Notes under the pieces: generated by a model
The model's input: only the letters and a program-made list of their open reading frames with translations
Told to the model about the DNA's origin: nothing
The model's database searches: none
Shown: in pieces, positions 1-10,204 of the stretch
Position numbering within the stretch: position 1 is the stretch's first letter
Layout: each line of letters opens with the position of its first letter
Program-made: the position numbers and the translations under genes
Source: a virus
Lineage: Duplodnaviria > Heunggongvirae > Uroviricota > Caudoviricetes
Strand: one strand, 5' to 3'
IMG/VR virus record: IMGVR_UViG_2703718798_000005
Length of the DNA: 49,477 nucleotides

Positions 1-558
1 ACCTACCACCAGGAAAACCGCACCCCCGGCAGCCTGCCGGGGACGAAGACGCAGATGACCATCCGTTCCAAAACGTATATGGGCAGCGGGTTTAATGAGC
101 TGAAGTTTGACGATGCGACAGGGAAAGAACAGGTCTACATCCACGCGCAGAAGGACATGGATACCGAGGTACTCAACGATCGTACCACCACCGTAAAACA
201 CGATCATCGCGAAACCGTAAAAAATGACCAGACGGTCACGATACAGGAAGGTAATCGCCTTCTTATGGTGGAAAAAGGCGACAAGATCACAGGAGTACGA
301 AAAGGTTCTTTATCTGAGAATGTCTTTCAGGACAGAGGCACGATTGCCGGTTCGGTGCATGTTGACGCTGTAGACAATGGTGGCGAAGGCAACGGTATAC
401 AGGCTTATACGGCAATTAAGGAAATTATGCTGGCCGTGGAGGAAAGCAAAATTGCGCTGACGCCGGATGGCATTCAGCTACAGGTCGGGGAATCAACGGT
501 AATCAGGCTGTCGAAGGATGGCATCACCATCGTGGGCGGTTCTGTTTTTATCAACTGA
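1..558 (+). CDS. vgrG: VgrG (T6SS spike protein), C-terminal portion; 5' end lies upstream of the window
   Basis: Frame 1 is open from nt 1 to the stop at 558; sequence (GFNELKFDDATGKEQVYIHAQKD...) resembles the conserved VgrG C-terminal region; immediately followed by DUF1795 chaperone and PAAR-Rhs genes, the usual vgrG-eag-rhs order. Confidence 0.75.
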   Translation, partial: TYHQENRTPGSLPGTKTQMTIRSKTYMGSGFNELKFDDATGKEQVYIHAQKDMDTEVLNDRTTTVKHDHRETVKNDQTVTIQEGNRLLMVEKGDKITGVRKGSLSENVFQDRGTIAGSVHVDAVDNGGEGNGIQAYTAIKEIMLAVEESKIALTPDGIQLQVGESTVIRLSKDGITIVGGSVFIN

Positions 559-585
559 TTCACTCAGATTATCAGGGAGTATTTT

Positions 586-1047
586 ATGCAGTTCACTTTT
601 AATGAAGGCCACATTCAACTGCCGTCTCAATGGCAGGATCAGTCAATGCAGGTCCTGGTGTCCACAGATAACAGTGGCATCAACCTGGTCATTACCCGCG
701 AAGCCGTTCCACAGGGAACCCTGACACCAGAGCTGTACCAGGAAACGCTGGCGCTGTACCAGGGCAAACTTGATGGGTACACCGAACATGCCTGCCGGGA
801 AATCACTCTGGCAGAGGCCCCGGCCTGGCTGCTGGATTATTCCTGGAACGGTCCGGAAGATGAAGGGAATCAGGGGCGGATTAGCCAGATAGCCGTATTC
901 CAGCGGCGTGGAGATACGCTGCTGACCTTCACTTTCAGCACCTCCTTATCCCTGAAGAACAGTCAAAAGACGATGCTGCTGGAGGTGATAAAGAGCTTCA
1001 CCCCGTTGCCACCGGAGAATGACATCCAAAAGGACCAGCCGCGCTGA
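586..1047 (+). CDS. eagR: DUF1795-family T6SS effector chaperone (Eag/EagR-like)
   Basis: 153 aa ORF with RBS-like GGGAG upstream; N-terminal MQFTFNEGHIQLPSQWQDQS pattern recalled as typical of DUF1795; sits between vgrG and a prePAAR-Rhs gene. Confidence 0.7.
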   Translation: MQFTFNEGHIQLPSQWQDQSMQVLVSTDNSGINLVITREAVPQGTLTPELYQETLALYQGKLDGYTEHACREITLAEAPAWLLDYSWNGPEDEGNQGRISQIAVFQRRGDTLLTFTFSTSLSLKNSQKTMLLEVIKSFTPLPPENDIQKDQPR

Positions 1048-1066
1048 CATAAACGAGGGATAACAC

Positions 1067-3172
1067 ATGAGTGAAGGACCAGGCGGGCCACAGGGAGCGA
1101 CCGCAGGCGGTACGCTGGCAATGCGAATGCTGTCACAGCAGGCGATGGTCGCCAGCCAGATGAAACGGGCAGCCAACGACAAAGCCATTGCACAGATGTT
1201 GGCATCAAAAAAGTCTGGCTCCCCCGCCGCCAGGCTGGGCGATGAAATTCAGCACAAGAGTTTTTTGGGGGCGCTGGCAGGGGCCGTGCTGGGGGCGATA
1301 GTGACCATCGCAGAAGGTTGCCTGATTATGGCCGCCTGTGCCACCGGCCCTTATGCGCTGGTTCTGGTGCCTGCGCTGATGTATGCCAGCTATAAGGCGA
1401 GTGATTATGTGGAGGAGAAACAGAACCAGCTTGAATCATGGATAAACAGCTTTTGTGACACGGACGGCGCCATCAATACCGGTTCTGAAAACGTAAAAAT
1501 TAACGGAAAGCCAGCAGCCCGTGCAGCCGTCACCCTTCCCCCTCCTCCCCCACCTGGAGCAATACCTGAAGTCCCACAGGGGGAACCCTCATGGGGTGAT
1601 ATTGCCACTGACCTGCTTGAATCGGCAGCGGAAAAAGCAGTACCACTGGCGAAGGCCTGGGGGAACGCTGTTATCACCCTGACGGACAGCAATGCCAGTT
1701 TTATGGATCGCGTCAGTGCAGGCGCATCGCTTCTGTTTCCCAGCGGCCCGGTATTAATGGAATTTGCCACGATGGTGGGCGGGCGTGGCGAAATCAAAAA
1801 AGATGTGGATTTCCCGGAAGCCGGTGAGGACACGGCGCTCTGCGACAAGGAGAACAAACCACCGAGGATAGCCCAGGGCAGCAGCAACGTCTTTATCAAC
1901 AATCAGCCTGCCGCGCGCCAGGGGGACAAACTGGAGTGCAGTGCGGCGATCGTGGAAGGTTCGCCGGACGTCTTTATTGGGGGTGAGCAGGTCACCTATC
2001 TGGATATCCAGCCGGAGTTCCCGCCATGGCAGAGAATGATCCTGGGAGGAATAACGATAGCCAGCTATCTTCTGCCGCCAGCAGGACTGCTGGGAAAACT
2101 GGGGAATCTGGCGAAACTGGGCAAACTGGGAAACCTGCTGGGGAAAAGCGGAAAGCTGCTGGGCGCAAAACTCGGCGCGTTGCTGGGGAAAACAGGTAAG
2201 TCGTTAAAAAGTATTGCCAATAAAGTCATCAGATGGGTAACAGATCCTGTCGATCCGGTAACCGGCGCGTACTGCGACGAACGTACCGACTTCACCCTGG
2301 GCCAGACCCTCCCCCTCTCCTTCACCCGTTTCCACAGTTCGGTACTGCCACTGCATGGCCTGACGGGCGTGGGCTGGAGTGACTCCTGGAGCGAATACGC
2401 CTGGGTGCGTGAACAGGGAAACCGGGTGGATATCATCAGCCTGGGAGCCACGCTGAACTTCGCCTTCGACGGTGAAAGTGATACGGCGGTTAACCCGTAT
2501 CACGCCCAGTACATTCTGCGCCGCCGTGATGATTATCTGGAGCTGTTCGACAGGGATGCACTGAGCAGCCGCTTCTTTTATGACGCCTTTCCGGGAATGC
2601 GTCTGCGCCACCCGGTGACTGACGATACCAGCGATGACCGCCTGGCACACAGCCCCGCAGACCGGATGTACATGCTGGGCGGGATGAGCGACACCGCCAG
2701 CAACCGCATCACGTTTGAGCGCGACAGCCAGTACCGGATCACGGGTGTCAGTCACACCGACGGGATCCGGCTTAAACTGACGTACCACGCCAGCGGCTAC
2801 CTGAAAGCCATTCACCGCACGGATAACGGCATACAGACGCTGGCGACCTACGAACAGGATGCGCGGGGGCGGCTGACAGAAGCGGATGCGCGGCTGGACT
2901 ACCACCTGTTTTATGAGTACGACGCTGCGGACCGGATCATCCGCTGGTCCGATAACGACCAGACGTGGAGCCGTTTCACCTACGATGAACAGGGCCGGTG
3001 CGTGACCGTCACCGGGGCGGAGGGCTATTACAACGCCACGCTGGACTATGGGGACGGCTGCACCACCGTGACGGACGGCAAGGGCGCTCACCGTTATTAC
3101 TATGATCCTGACGGCAATATTCTGCGGGAAGAAGCGCCGGACGGCAGCACCACCACGTATGAATGGGTGTAA
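1067..3172 (+). pseudogene. rhs: rhs T6SS effector, 5' portion (prePAAR motif, TM helices, PAAR domain, first Rhs repeats), truncated by prophage insertion
   Basis: 701 aa ORF: AARLGDEIQH prePAAR-type motif, hydrophobic helices, PAAR-like segment (NVFINNQPAARQGDKLECSAAIVEGSPDVFIGG), YDxxGR-type repeats; stops two codons into the prophage left end; reading frame continues at about 42661. Confidence 0.8.
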
Positions 3173-3345
3173 CCAGGTGAATCATTTGATACCAACGAGG
3201 GTTTTAGTGAAAGGAGGTGAAATCACCTGTAAGATACTGAAATAAAACAGGTGATGCTAATGCGAGCGCGGAAAGTCTATTTGATACCGATTGTGCAATA
3301 ATTAGTCGTTTATTCTAAAGTCGGCAACACTTTTGATACTACGGA
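3168..3345. repeat. Prophage left end (attL-like) with three TTTGATAC(C/T) repeats, candidate transposase-binding sites
   Basis: TTTGATACC at about 3195, TTTGATACC at about 3281, TTTGATACT at about 3334; the reverse complement GGTATCAAA / AGTATCAAA recurs three times at the right end. Confidence 0.5.
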
Positions 3346-3439
3346 TTGACGCTTAAAATGGCTTTAAAAAGGCTTAAAACGCTTTTCTCCAGATTGTCTT
3401 TAAAGGAGTGTACCACAGCACAAAATTTGCACCACTCCC

Positions 3440-3994
3440 TTACGCGCTGGTCTTTTTATAGGTTACATTGAAGTGATCAACCTTAGTCTTACAAAACTCG
3501 CAAATCTCTCTAATCTGTTCATCAGATAAATCATTTAAGCTTAAGGCTAGTGCTCTACGTTGACCGTGTAAGCTATGTAATTCCTGAATATCATTATCTA
3601 AAAGTATGGTTAAAAAATCTGCGCCTTTGCGGCCTAATTTCCTAGATAATTCATCAAGTTCTGTTGGTTCTAGAGAGCTCCATATAGCGCTAATCGTCTG
3701 GTAATCTCGTTCATCTGAAGACGCAATTGTCGGCCGAGTACTTTCTTGTGGCTGTATTGTTTTCGTGCCCAATATGAGCCATTCCAACGATACGTTTTCT
3801 ACCTTGCAAATATTGCTAACTACTTTTAGGCCAGGTGTGGTCCCTTTCTCAAAGTAGTTATTCAATGTTGAGTATGACAACCCCCAATCGATAGCTGCTT
3901 GCCGCATACTTCTGCTGCCGATTAGCTGCCTGATCCTGTCCTGGATACTTTCTTTTCCCTCTTCGACAAAAGAAAAATCTTGTTCCTGTCTCAT
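3440..3994 (-). CDS. Prophage repressor (Mu c-like), putative
   Basis: 184 aa leftward ORF at the left end, divergent from ner; HTH-like segment (LSYSTLNNYFEKG); positional equivalence to the Mu repressor. Confidence 0.55.
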   Translation of the reverse strand: MRQEQDFSFVEEGKESIQDRIRQLIGSRSMRQAAIDWGLSYSTLNNYFEKGTTPGLKVVSNICKVENVSLEWLILGTKTIQPQESTRPTIASSDERDYQTISAIWSSLEPTELDELSRKLGRKGADFLTILLDNDIQELHSLHGQRRALALSLNDLSDEQIREICEFCKTKVDHFNVTYKKTSA

Positions 3995-4170
3995 GTTTTT
4001 TTCTTTTCCTTATATCGTATTGAATTAAAAAGAGTTTTCTACTTATAGATTACAGTGACAATAAAATAGAAAAGAAAGCTTGAAATTTTCTTTTCGTAGG
4101 CCAATAATCTACTAAACTTGATAACAAAATTTAGTTATCAAATTTCGTAACTTTTTAGGATAGATGAATC
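3995..4170. promoter_or_regulatory. Divergent repressor/early promoter-operator region
   Basis: AT-rich 176 bp between divergent repressor and ner genes; palindrome TTGATAAC-N8-GTTATCAA at about 4118-4141. Confidence 0.4.
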
Positions 4171-4401
4171 ATGGCGAGAAATGAAGTTAAGCCTGATTGG
4201 CATCCTCAAAGAATCTTGGGGGAAGTCAGAGCCAGAGAAGGAAGTATGAGGGCGCTGGCCCGTAAAGCTGGTGTAGGCCAGAACAACCTGTATAACGCGG
4301 TATACCGCCATGTTCCCAAGTATGAGGGAATTATTGCGGAATGCCTGGGTGTTCCACCCGAGGAGATTTGGCCCAGCCGCTACATTCGTAAGGTCGCGTA
4401 A
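4171..4401 (+). CDS. ner: Ner-like DNA-binding early regulator
   Basis: 76 aa; DWHPQRI ... IWPSRY pattern recalled from Mu Ner-family proteins; first gene of the rightward early operon. Confidence 0.75.
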   Translation: MARNEVKPDWHPQRILGEVRAREGSMRALARKAGVGQNNLYNAVYRHVPKYEGIIAECLGVPPEEIWPSRYIRKVA

Positions 4402-4403
4402 TT

Positions 4404-6491
4404 ATGTTTGCTTCAGTTAAAGAGCTGGTTGGATTACCGGGAATGCCGGGAACGGAGCAAGGCGTCCGCTATTCAATCAGGAAGTATGCAACCAGCGAAA
4501 CCAGCAGACGCCGCCAGGAAGGCACTAAAGGTTTTGAATACAGCATCGACTGTTTACCTGAAGTGACGCAGCAGGCATTACGTGAACGCTACGCCCTGCA
4601 ACTGATGACGCAAAAAGCCGACGAATCACCGGCTCCGGTGGTGACAAAGGCCAGACGCTCGCCTGCAGTGGTTGATGCGGTGGAGGCATATCGCGGATCA
4701 CCACAACTGATGGTCGAACGCCTTAATGCCCTGACTGAAAACCAGCGCCAGGTGGCTGATGCACGAATCGCGATCGTCAGCGAAGTGATGAAAGTCGCGC
4801 AACAACCCGGTTTCAGCTGCGCGAAGGCTATCCGGTTTATCGTTGACAACCTGGCACGTTCGCAACTGGACGAGCGCATTGTGGCAATGGTTGAGACGGC
4901 GAACGCCAAAAAGGGAAACAGCCGCGCGTTGAGTGAAATCACGCTGAAACGCTGGATTGCAGCCTTTAACAAGGCGCAGAACGCCGCCGAACGCCTGCTT
5001 TTGCTGGCACCGGGTAAGCGCCAGGAAATAAAAGCCGAAGATATTAACTGGCTGCCCGAGTTTCTGGCGCAGTATCGCCAGTCAAACGGTCGACCAATGA
5101 CCGAGGCTTACGAGGATTTTGTCGCTGAATGGCAGCACCGGCACGCTGATGAGCCTTATATGCTCGATATCATGCCCTCTTATGACACCATTCGCCGCGC
5201 AATGAAGAAACTGCCGGAAGTGGTGAAACAGAAAGGCCGGGTGACCGGCAGTGAATACCGTCAGCTTGAGGGATTCACGCGCCGCGACTGGTCCAGAATG
5301 CCGGTGAATTATGTCTGGATTGGTGACGGTCACGGCATGAAGCTGAAATGCGCGCACCCGGTTCACGGGCGGCCATTTGCACCGGAAGTAACCTTTGTTA
5401 TCGATGGCGGCACGCGCTTTGTGGTGGGCTGGAGCCTTGACCTGGCTGAAAATGTTTTCGCCGTAGCGGGTGCCATACAGCACGGCATTCGCCATCACGG
5501 CAAACCGTTTCTGTATTACTCGGATAACGGTTCCGGGGAAACCGCCGACATCCTGGATAAAGAAGTTGTGGGGATCCTGCCGCGACTGGGGATTAATCAC
5601 CCAACCGGGATTGCCGGTAATCCGCAGGGGCGAGGCATTATCGAACGGCTTAACCGCACATTACCGATGCGCATAGCCCGTAAATACCGCACCTATTTCG
5701 GGAAAGGTGCAGATCGCGAGACGTTACGCAAAACCAACCGCGATTTACGCTCGGCATTCACTGCCCTGCAACAGGACAAACGGCTGAACGCCCGGCAGCA
5801 GTCAGCGATGCGTGATTTACCGTCCTGGTCTGAACTGATTGATGCCATTCGTGATGGTGTTGAGTGGTACAACAACCGGCCGCACGATGAATTACCCATG
5901 AAGCCGAACGGTAAACATTACAGCCCGGCGGAGTTCAGAAAAAAACGCCTGGCGGAAGAGGACACGGAAATTGAATGGCTGTCCGATGTTGAGCTGCGGG
6001 ATATGTTCCGGCCGATGGTGAAGCGCCCTGTAAGACGCTGTGAAATACGCTGGCTGAATAATATTTACTACGCGCCGGAGCTGCGTGACGAGCATGGCCG
6101 CAAGGTGCTTATCAGCTATGACATTCATGATGCTGAGCGAATTACCGTACGCAGACTGGATGGCAGCGTGATTTGCGAGGCGGTATGGGACGGCAATAAA
6201 CGCGAAGCCTTCCCGGTCAGCGCGGAATACTACAAACAGCAGCAACGCCTTAAAGGCATGCGTAAACGCGCAGAGGAAAAAATCCGTGATGCCGAGGATG
6301 AGGTGGTCAACGTGCTGGAGCACAAACCGCAGGAGCCCTGGCTGGAAAACATCTATCGCCCGGTAGGTAATACGGTGGCCGTTCAGCAACCTGCCGTTGA
6401 TGATGAACCTGATGAAGAATACGAGCGTAATTTCCAGCGGGGATTGCAGCTGCTGGAAGCGAAATTAAAAGAAAATGACCCGCTGGCCTGA
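4404..6491 (+). CDS. Mu-type DDE transposase (MuA-like)
   Basis: 695 aa; candidate DDE triad in WIGDGHGMK, YYSDNGSGE and RGIIERLNRT contexts; follows ner as in Mu. Confidence 0.9.
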   Translation: MFASVKELVGLPGMPGTEQGVRYSIRKYATSETSRRRQEGTKGFEYSIDCLPEVTQQALRERYALQLMTQKADESPAPVVTKARRSPAVVDAVEAYRGSPQLMVERLNALTENQRQVADARIAIVSEVMKVAQQPGFSCAKAIRFIVDNLARSQLDERIVAMVETANAKKGNSRALSEITLKRWIAAFNKAQNAAERLLLLAPGKRQEIKAEDINWLPEFLAQYRQSNGRPMTEAYEDFVAEWQHRHADEPYMLDIMPSYDTIRRAMKKLPEVVKQKGRVTGSEYRQLEGFTRRDWSRMPVNYVWIGDGHGMKLKCAHPVHGRPFAPEVTFVIDGGTRFVVGWSLDLAENVFAVAGAIQHGIRHHGKPFLYYSDNGSGETADILDKEVVGILPRLGINHPTGIAGNPQGRGIIERLNRTLPMRIARKYRTYFGKGADRETLRKTNRDLRSAFTALQQDKRLNARQQSAMRDLPSWSELIDAIRDGVEWYNNRPHDELPMKPNGKHYSPAEFRKKRLAEEDTEIEWLSDVELRDMFRPMVKRPVRRCEIRWLNNIYYAPELRDEHGRKVLISYDIHDAERITVRRLDGSVICEAVWDGNKREAFPVSAEYYKQQQRLKGMRKRAEEKIRDAEDEVVNVLEHKPQEPWLENIYRPVGNTVAVQQPAVDDEPDEEYERNFQRGLQLLEAKLKENDPLA

Positions 6492-6566
6492 AATAAAAAA
6501 ATAACCCGAGCGGCAACTCAGGTTATTTAACGAAACAAAGATATTCACATAAACGAGAGGTGAATA

Positions 6567-7499
6567 ATGACCGATATTAACGATGTAATCAAGACCATTG
6601 ATGAACTTATTGATGGCGGCGTACTGACACAGTATGCCATCGCCAGAGAGGCGGGAATTTCCGACGGCACATTATCGGCTTTCCGTAAGGGAAAATATAA
6701 AGGCGATAACGCTGCTGTGGCTGCTTCCCTGCGTTCCTGGTATGAGAACTGGAATAAACAAAGCGCACTGCCGGAACCGCCGCAGTTTGTGGAAACGCAG
6801 ACAGTCCAGGAGCTGCGCGCGCTGTTTCAGGCGGTTCGCCTGATGGGCTGTATTAACGTCATTGTGGGCGTGCCGGGTGTGGGTAAAACGGCCACCGCCC
6901 GTAATTACTGCCAGGAGCAACCAAACACCTGGATGATTACCCTGTCACCCGCGCACTCCAGCGTCACGGAGTGTTTGCTGGAGCTGGCCGATGCGCTGGG
7001 GATTGATTACACCCGCGCGAACAAAGGGGCATTATCCCGCGCCATCCGCCGCCGTCTGATGGGAACGCGTGGACTGGTGATTGTGGATGAGGCGGATCAT
7101 CTTGGTATTGACGGTCTGGAGCAACTCCGGGCAATTCAGGACGCCACGGGGATCGGGATGGTGCTTATTGGTAACCCGCGCGGACTGTTTAAAGGTGGAC
7201 GCCGCGCCTTTGATGATTTATCGCGCCTGTTCAGCCGTCTTGCCCGTACAAAACAACTTCGCAAGGCCAAAAAGGCAGATGTGCTGGCCATTGCCAGGGC
7301 ATGGGGTATCAGTGGTGAGGCAGAGCTGGTCGTGATGCAGGCTATCGCTGAAAAGCCCGGTGCGTTACGTGTTCTTACACATACGCTTAACCAGGCGTGG
7401 CTCACAGCCAGCGGTGAAGGCGCGGCGCTGACAGAAAAACATATTAATGCGGCCTTTAAAGAGGTTTATACCAACCCTGAATTACTCTCACAGGTGTGA
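6567..7499 (+). CDS. MuB-like ATP-dependent target DNA activator
   Basis: 310 aa; Walker A GVPGVGKT; directly downstream of the transposase. Confidence 0.85.
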   Translation: MTDINDVIKTIDELIDGGVLTQYAIAREAGISDGTLSAFRKGKYKGDNAAVAASLRSWYENWNKQSALPEPPQFVETQTVQELRALFQAVRLMGCINVIVGVPGVGKTATARNYCQEQPNTWMITLSPAHSSVTECLLELADALGIDYTRANKGALSRAIRRRLMGTRGLVIVDEADHLGIDGLEQLRAIQDATGIGMVLIGNPRGLFKGGRRAFDDLSRLFSRLARTKQLRKAKKADVLAIARAWGISGEAELVVMQAIAEKPGALRVLTHTLNQAWLTASGEGAALTEKHINAAFKEVYTNPELLSQV

Positions 7500-7723
7500 T
7501 TATGGCTGCATTTAATATTCCTGATATTTACGGACGCTTTTACCTGGTGAATGTCGATAACGTGAAAGTGATTTCACTGGCCGAAAATAAAGAATGTGGT
7601 GATTTACTTTTTGAATTTAATGACCGCACACGAATGGTGATATCTGCCGGACTTGATCGCGAAGGTGCGACAGACGTTTACAGCGGAATATGCCGTTCTG
7701 TTGGTGCAAAACAAGTCAGATAA
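7496..7723 (+). CDS. Small early protein, unknown function (occupies the position of Mu kil)
   Basis: 75 aa ORF translationally coupled to B; function assigned by position only. Confidence 0.4.
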   Translation: MIMAAFNIPDIYGRFYLVNVDNVKVISLAENKECGDLLFEFNDRTRMVISAGLDREGATDVYSGICRSVGAKQVR

Positions 7724-7735
7724 ACGAGGTGTTAT

Positions 7736-8155
7736 ATGAATACGCAGATACAGCAGGAAATCAATGTTCTCCACAGTTTTCGTGCGTTTAACAACAATGA
7801 CTGTGAGGTTCGTGATTATATCTTTGAATTGATGAACGGTGACGGTGTGTGTTTTCTGTTTATCGACCTGTATCTATGGTATGCAGACCAGCAGTGTGAA
7901 TCTGTCCGGCAGCGTTTTTATGTTGGATACTTTAACCATCATGTCTGGGAAAGCCTGCGCTTTGGTTTTCTGATCCAGGGGGATTATCGCCAGGGGGGGC
8001 GACACGGTTACTCCATCCTTCGGGCAATCATGCGTGGCGAAACCCGAAAAATTCCGGGGATGGGTGAGGTTGATCGGAGCCTCCTGCTGGAACTGGCTGC
8101 ATCGCGCATGAATCCATTACTGATACAACCGGAGTTCACCTATGAATTTGTTTGA
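7736..8155 (+). CDS. Hypothetical early protein
   Basis: 139 aa ORF with RBS (GAGG) 7 nt upstream; no recognisable motif. Confidence 0.4.
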   Translation: MNTQIQQEINVLHSFRAFNNNDCEVRDYIFELMNGDGVCFLFIDLYLWYADQQCESVRQRFYVGYFNHHVWESLRFGFLIQGDYRQGGRHGYSILRAIMRGETRKIPGMGEVDRSLLLELAASRMNPLLIQPEFTYEFV

Positions 8156-8372
8156 TTCACTGAATAACGCCCGTCGCCTGACCGAGCTTGCCGGTGCGGT
8201 ACTGGAGCGCAGTAAACGCTACCCGCAACGCTTTGCACTGAAAACCACGCCGCCGGTAAATAAGGTTCAGGGGGGGGGAAAGGAAATTGAAATCACCGTT
8301 AAGACCAACGGCCTGCGCCGCCGTGTGAAGGCCACCCGCATCAGCGGTTGCACGGTTTACTGGGAAGTATGA
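8142..8372 (+). CDS. Hypothetical early protein
   Basis: 76 aa basic ORF overlapping the preceding stop. Confidence 0.35.
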   Translation: MNLFDSLNNARRLTELAGAVLERSKRYPQRFALKTTPPVNKVQGGGKEIEITVKTNGLRRRVKATRISGCTVYWEV

Positions 8373-8446
8373 AGTTACTTCATGGTTCGGCTCTGTCATC
8401 AGGTCAGGCGCCGGGTCAGTTATCCGAACAAAACGAGGACCAGAGG

Positions 8447-8722
8447 ATGAGTAAAGTTGTTCGCATTATTTTCGAATACAGGGAGAACGTTATCCGTAAA
8501 AACGCTGATGGAAGCACGCACATGGGGGTAAGTCTGGATATACGTTCAACCGGAATAGCAAAGCAGAAGGATGGTAGCCCCGCCATGATTTTTGGGGTGG
8601 TTATGCTCGCAGAAAGCAGAAACTTCGCAGAGCTTGTGGCAATGAAAGCCAGTGCATTCATGAAAGACAGGGGTATGGCTTCCGGGGTTATTAACGGTAA
8701 TGAATTTAATCAGCAGGGGTAA
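8447..8722 (+). CDS. Hypothetical early protein, paralog A of a tandem pair
   Basis: Start moved to the internal ATG at 8447 (RBS GAGGAC); MSKVVRIIFEYRENV resembles the next ORF's MSKVRVIFEFEHVS. Confidence 0.4.
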   Translation: MSKVVRIIFEYRENVIRKNADGSTHMGVSLDIRSTGIAKQKDGSPAMIFGVVMLAESRNFAELVAMKASAFMKDRGMASGVINGNEFNQQG

Positions 8723-8726
8723 TTCC

Positions 8727-9020
8727 ATGAGCAAAGTACGCGTTATTTTTGAATTTGAGCATGTTTCGCATGACGAAAAGCTGGCAGGCAATGACTGTGT
8801 TGAAGTGCATGAAAAGATTGGAGTGGATGTGAAAACAGAACGTGATACGGAGAACAGCCCGACGTCACTCTGTGACGTTTATGCAAGTATTCTCCAGTAT
8901 CACAGTCCTGCAATTATTCAGCTTCTCTCAGCGGAATTTCAGGCATCTGTACAGGCTTTTGGGGCGGATGCCATCATTAAACGCCACCGTGTGCATAAAG
9001 CATCAGGCGCACTGCAATAA
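8727..9020 (+). CDS. Hypothetical early protein, paralog B of a tandem pair
   Basis: Start moved to the ATG at 8727; N-terminal similarity to the preceding ORF. Confidence 0.4.
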   Translation: MSKVRVIFEFEHVSHDEKLAGNDCVEVHEKIGVDVKTERDTENSPTSLCDVYASILQYHSPAIIQLLSAEFQASVQAFGADAIIKRHRVHKASGALQ

Positions 9021-9030
9021 GGAAAACAAA

Positions 9031-9561
9031 ATGGTTAAACGTGTTACAAAATTAAAGGCCGCAGCCGAGGCCGCACCACAGACCCGCGAAGAGGTCAGCC
9101 GCGATATCCGCACCCTGGGCGATATTCAGCGAGAGGCGCTGCGCCTGGAAACGGCAATGAATGATGAAGTGGCAGAAATCACCGCCCGTTATACGCCGCA
9201 GATTGAAAACCTTAAAAAAGAAATCAAAGTGCTTTTTAAGGGGATTCATGACTGGTGTAAAACCAACCGCAATGAGCTGACGAACGGCGGCGAAACCAAA
9301 ACTGCCAATCTGACCACCGGAACGGTGTCATGGCGGCTGGGAAATCCATCATGCAGCGTCAGTCGTGATGTGGAAGGTGTGATTGAAATGCTGCGTCGTA
9401 TGGGGCTTGAGCGCTTCATCCGCACGAAAGAGGAAGTGAATAAGCAAGCTGTCCTGGCGGAGCCGGATGCGGTGAAAGGGGTTGCTGGTATTAAGGTGAA
9501 TAAAGGTGCTGAAAGTTTTCATGTCGAGCCTTTTGAACAGGACGCCGGACTGAATAAATAA
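9031..9561 (+). CDS. gam: Gam-like host-nuclease inhibitor (DNA end-binding)
   Basis: Start at internal ATG 9031; DIRTLGDIQREALRLETAMNDEVAEI and ELTNGGETKTANLTTGTVSWR match the Mu Gam family as recalled. Confidence 0.75.
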   Translation: MVKRVTKLKAAAEAAPQTREEVSRDIRTLGDIQREALRLETAMNDEVAEITARYTPQIENLKKEIKVLFKGIHDWCKTNRNELTNGGETKTANLTTGTVSWRLGNPSCSVSRDVEGVIEMLRRMGLERFIRTKEEVNKQAVLAEPDAVKGVAGIKVNKGAESFHVEPFEQDAGLNK

Positions 9562-9658
9562 CACCGCATTAAATCTTTAAATATCACTTCGTTTTAATTA
9601 TGGCGCTCGCGTCAGGGGACTGCCTGCGCCTGTAAACTGAAAATAAGGAACAGGAAAT

Positions 9659-10201
9659 ATGGCATATTTTTATTTCAAATTAGACCGTGTACAGACAAAT
9701 AAATATTTCACCAAATATCAACAGACTGTTTTACCGCTACGCAACAGTATTCTTCGGGCATTACTGAAAAATACAGGCGCTGCCGGATTGCGCTTAAAGC
9801 CGTTCGCCATGGACGTAATCAGTGAGTTTTATTTTTCTGGTTCTCTGCCTGCGGGCTGGCGTAAGCGCGATGATGTGGCTTTTATCGGGGGCGGACCGTG
9901 CTTTATTGCCAGACCTGATGAGTCATGCCCTGAAGGTCCGGCGATTGCCGCAATGGTTGAAGCCGCTGAACGCGAGTTAAGAAAGCGTCCTGATTTCCTT
10001 GTCTGGCTCTGTGAAAAGCTGGGGGTAATGAGAATCCCCTCCATGTTTAACACGGACTCCTGGTGGACCCCGTCACTCTCCCGTGATGCCCTGTGCGTGG
10101 TGTTTAAAGTAGGCGCTTATGGCAGGGAAATAAACGGGTGTATTCCTGAAGAATGCCAGGAAATTAAACATTCTGAATATGTGGCGCTGACGGAGGAATA
10201 A
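9659..10201 (+). CDS. Hypothetical early/middle protein
   Basis: 180 aa ORF, RBS AAGGAACAGG upstream. Confidence 0.45.
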   Translation: MAYFYFKLDRVQTNKYFTKYQQTVLPLRNSILRALLKNTGAAGLRLKPFAMDVISEFYFSGSLPAGWRKRDDVAFIGGGPCFIARPDESCPEGPAIAAMVEAAERELRKRPDFLVWLCEKLGVMRIPSMFNTDSWWTPSLSRDALCVVFKVGAYGREINGCIPEECQEIKHSEYVALTEE

Positions 10202-10204
10202 TTC

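Noticed and set aside
2204-3091. 295 aa minus-strand ORF overlapping the 5' rhs fragment
   Set aside because: Antisense to a GC-rich Rhs-repeat coding region, which commonly produces long spurious ORFs; no start context and Arg/Pro/Ala-rich junk-like composition.
5082-5600. 172 aa minus-strand ORF inside the transposase gene
   Set aside because: Antisense to a gene with a clear DDE motif; spurious.
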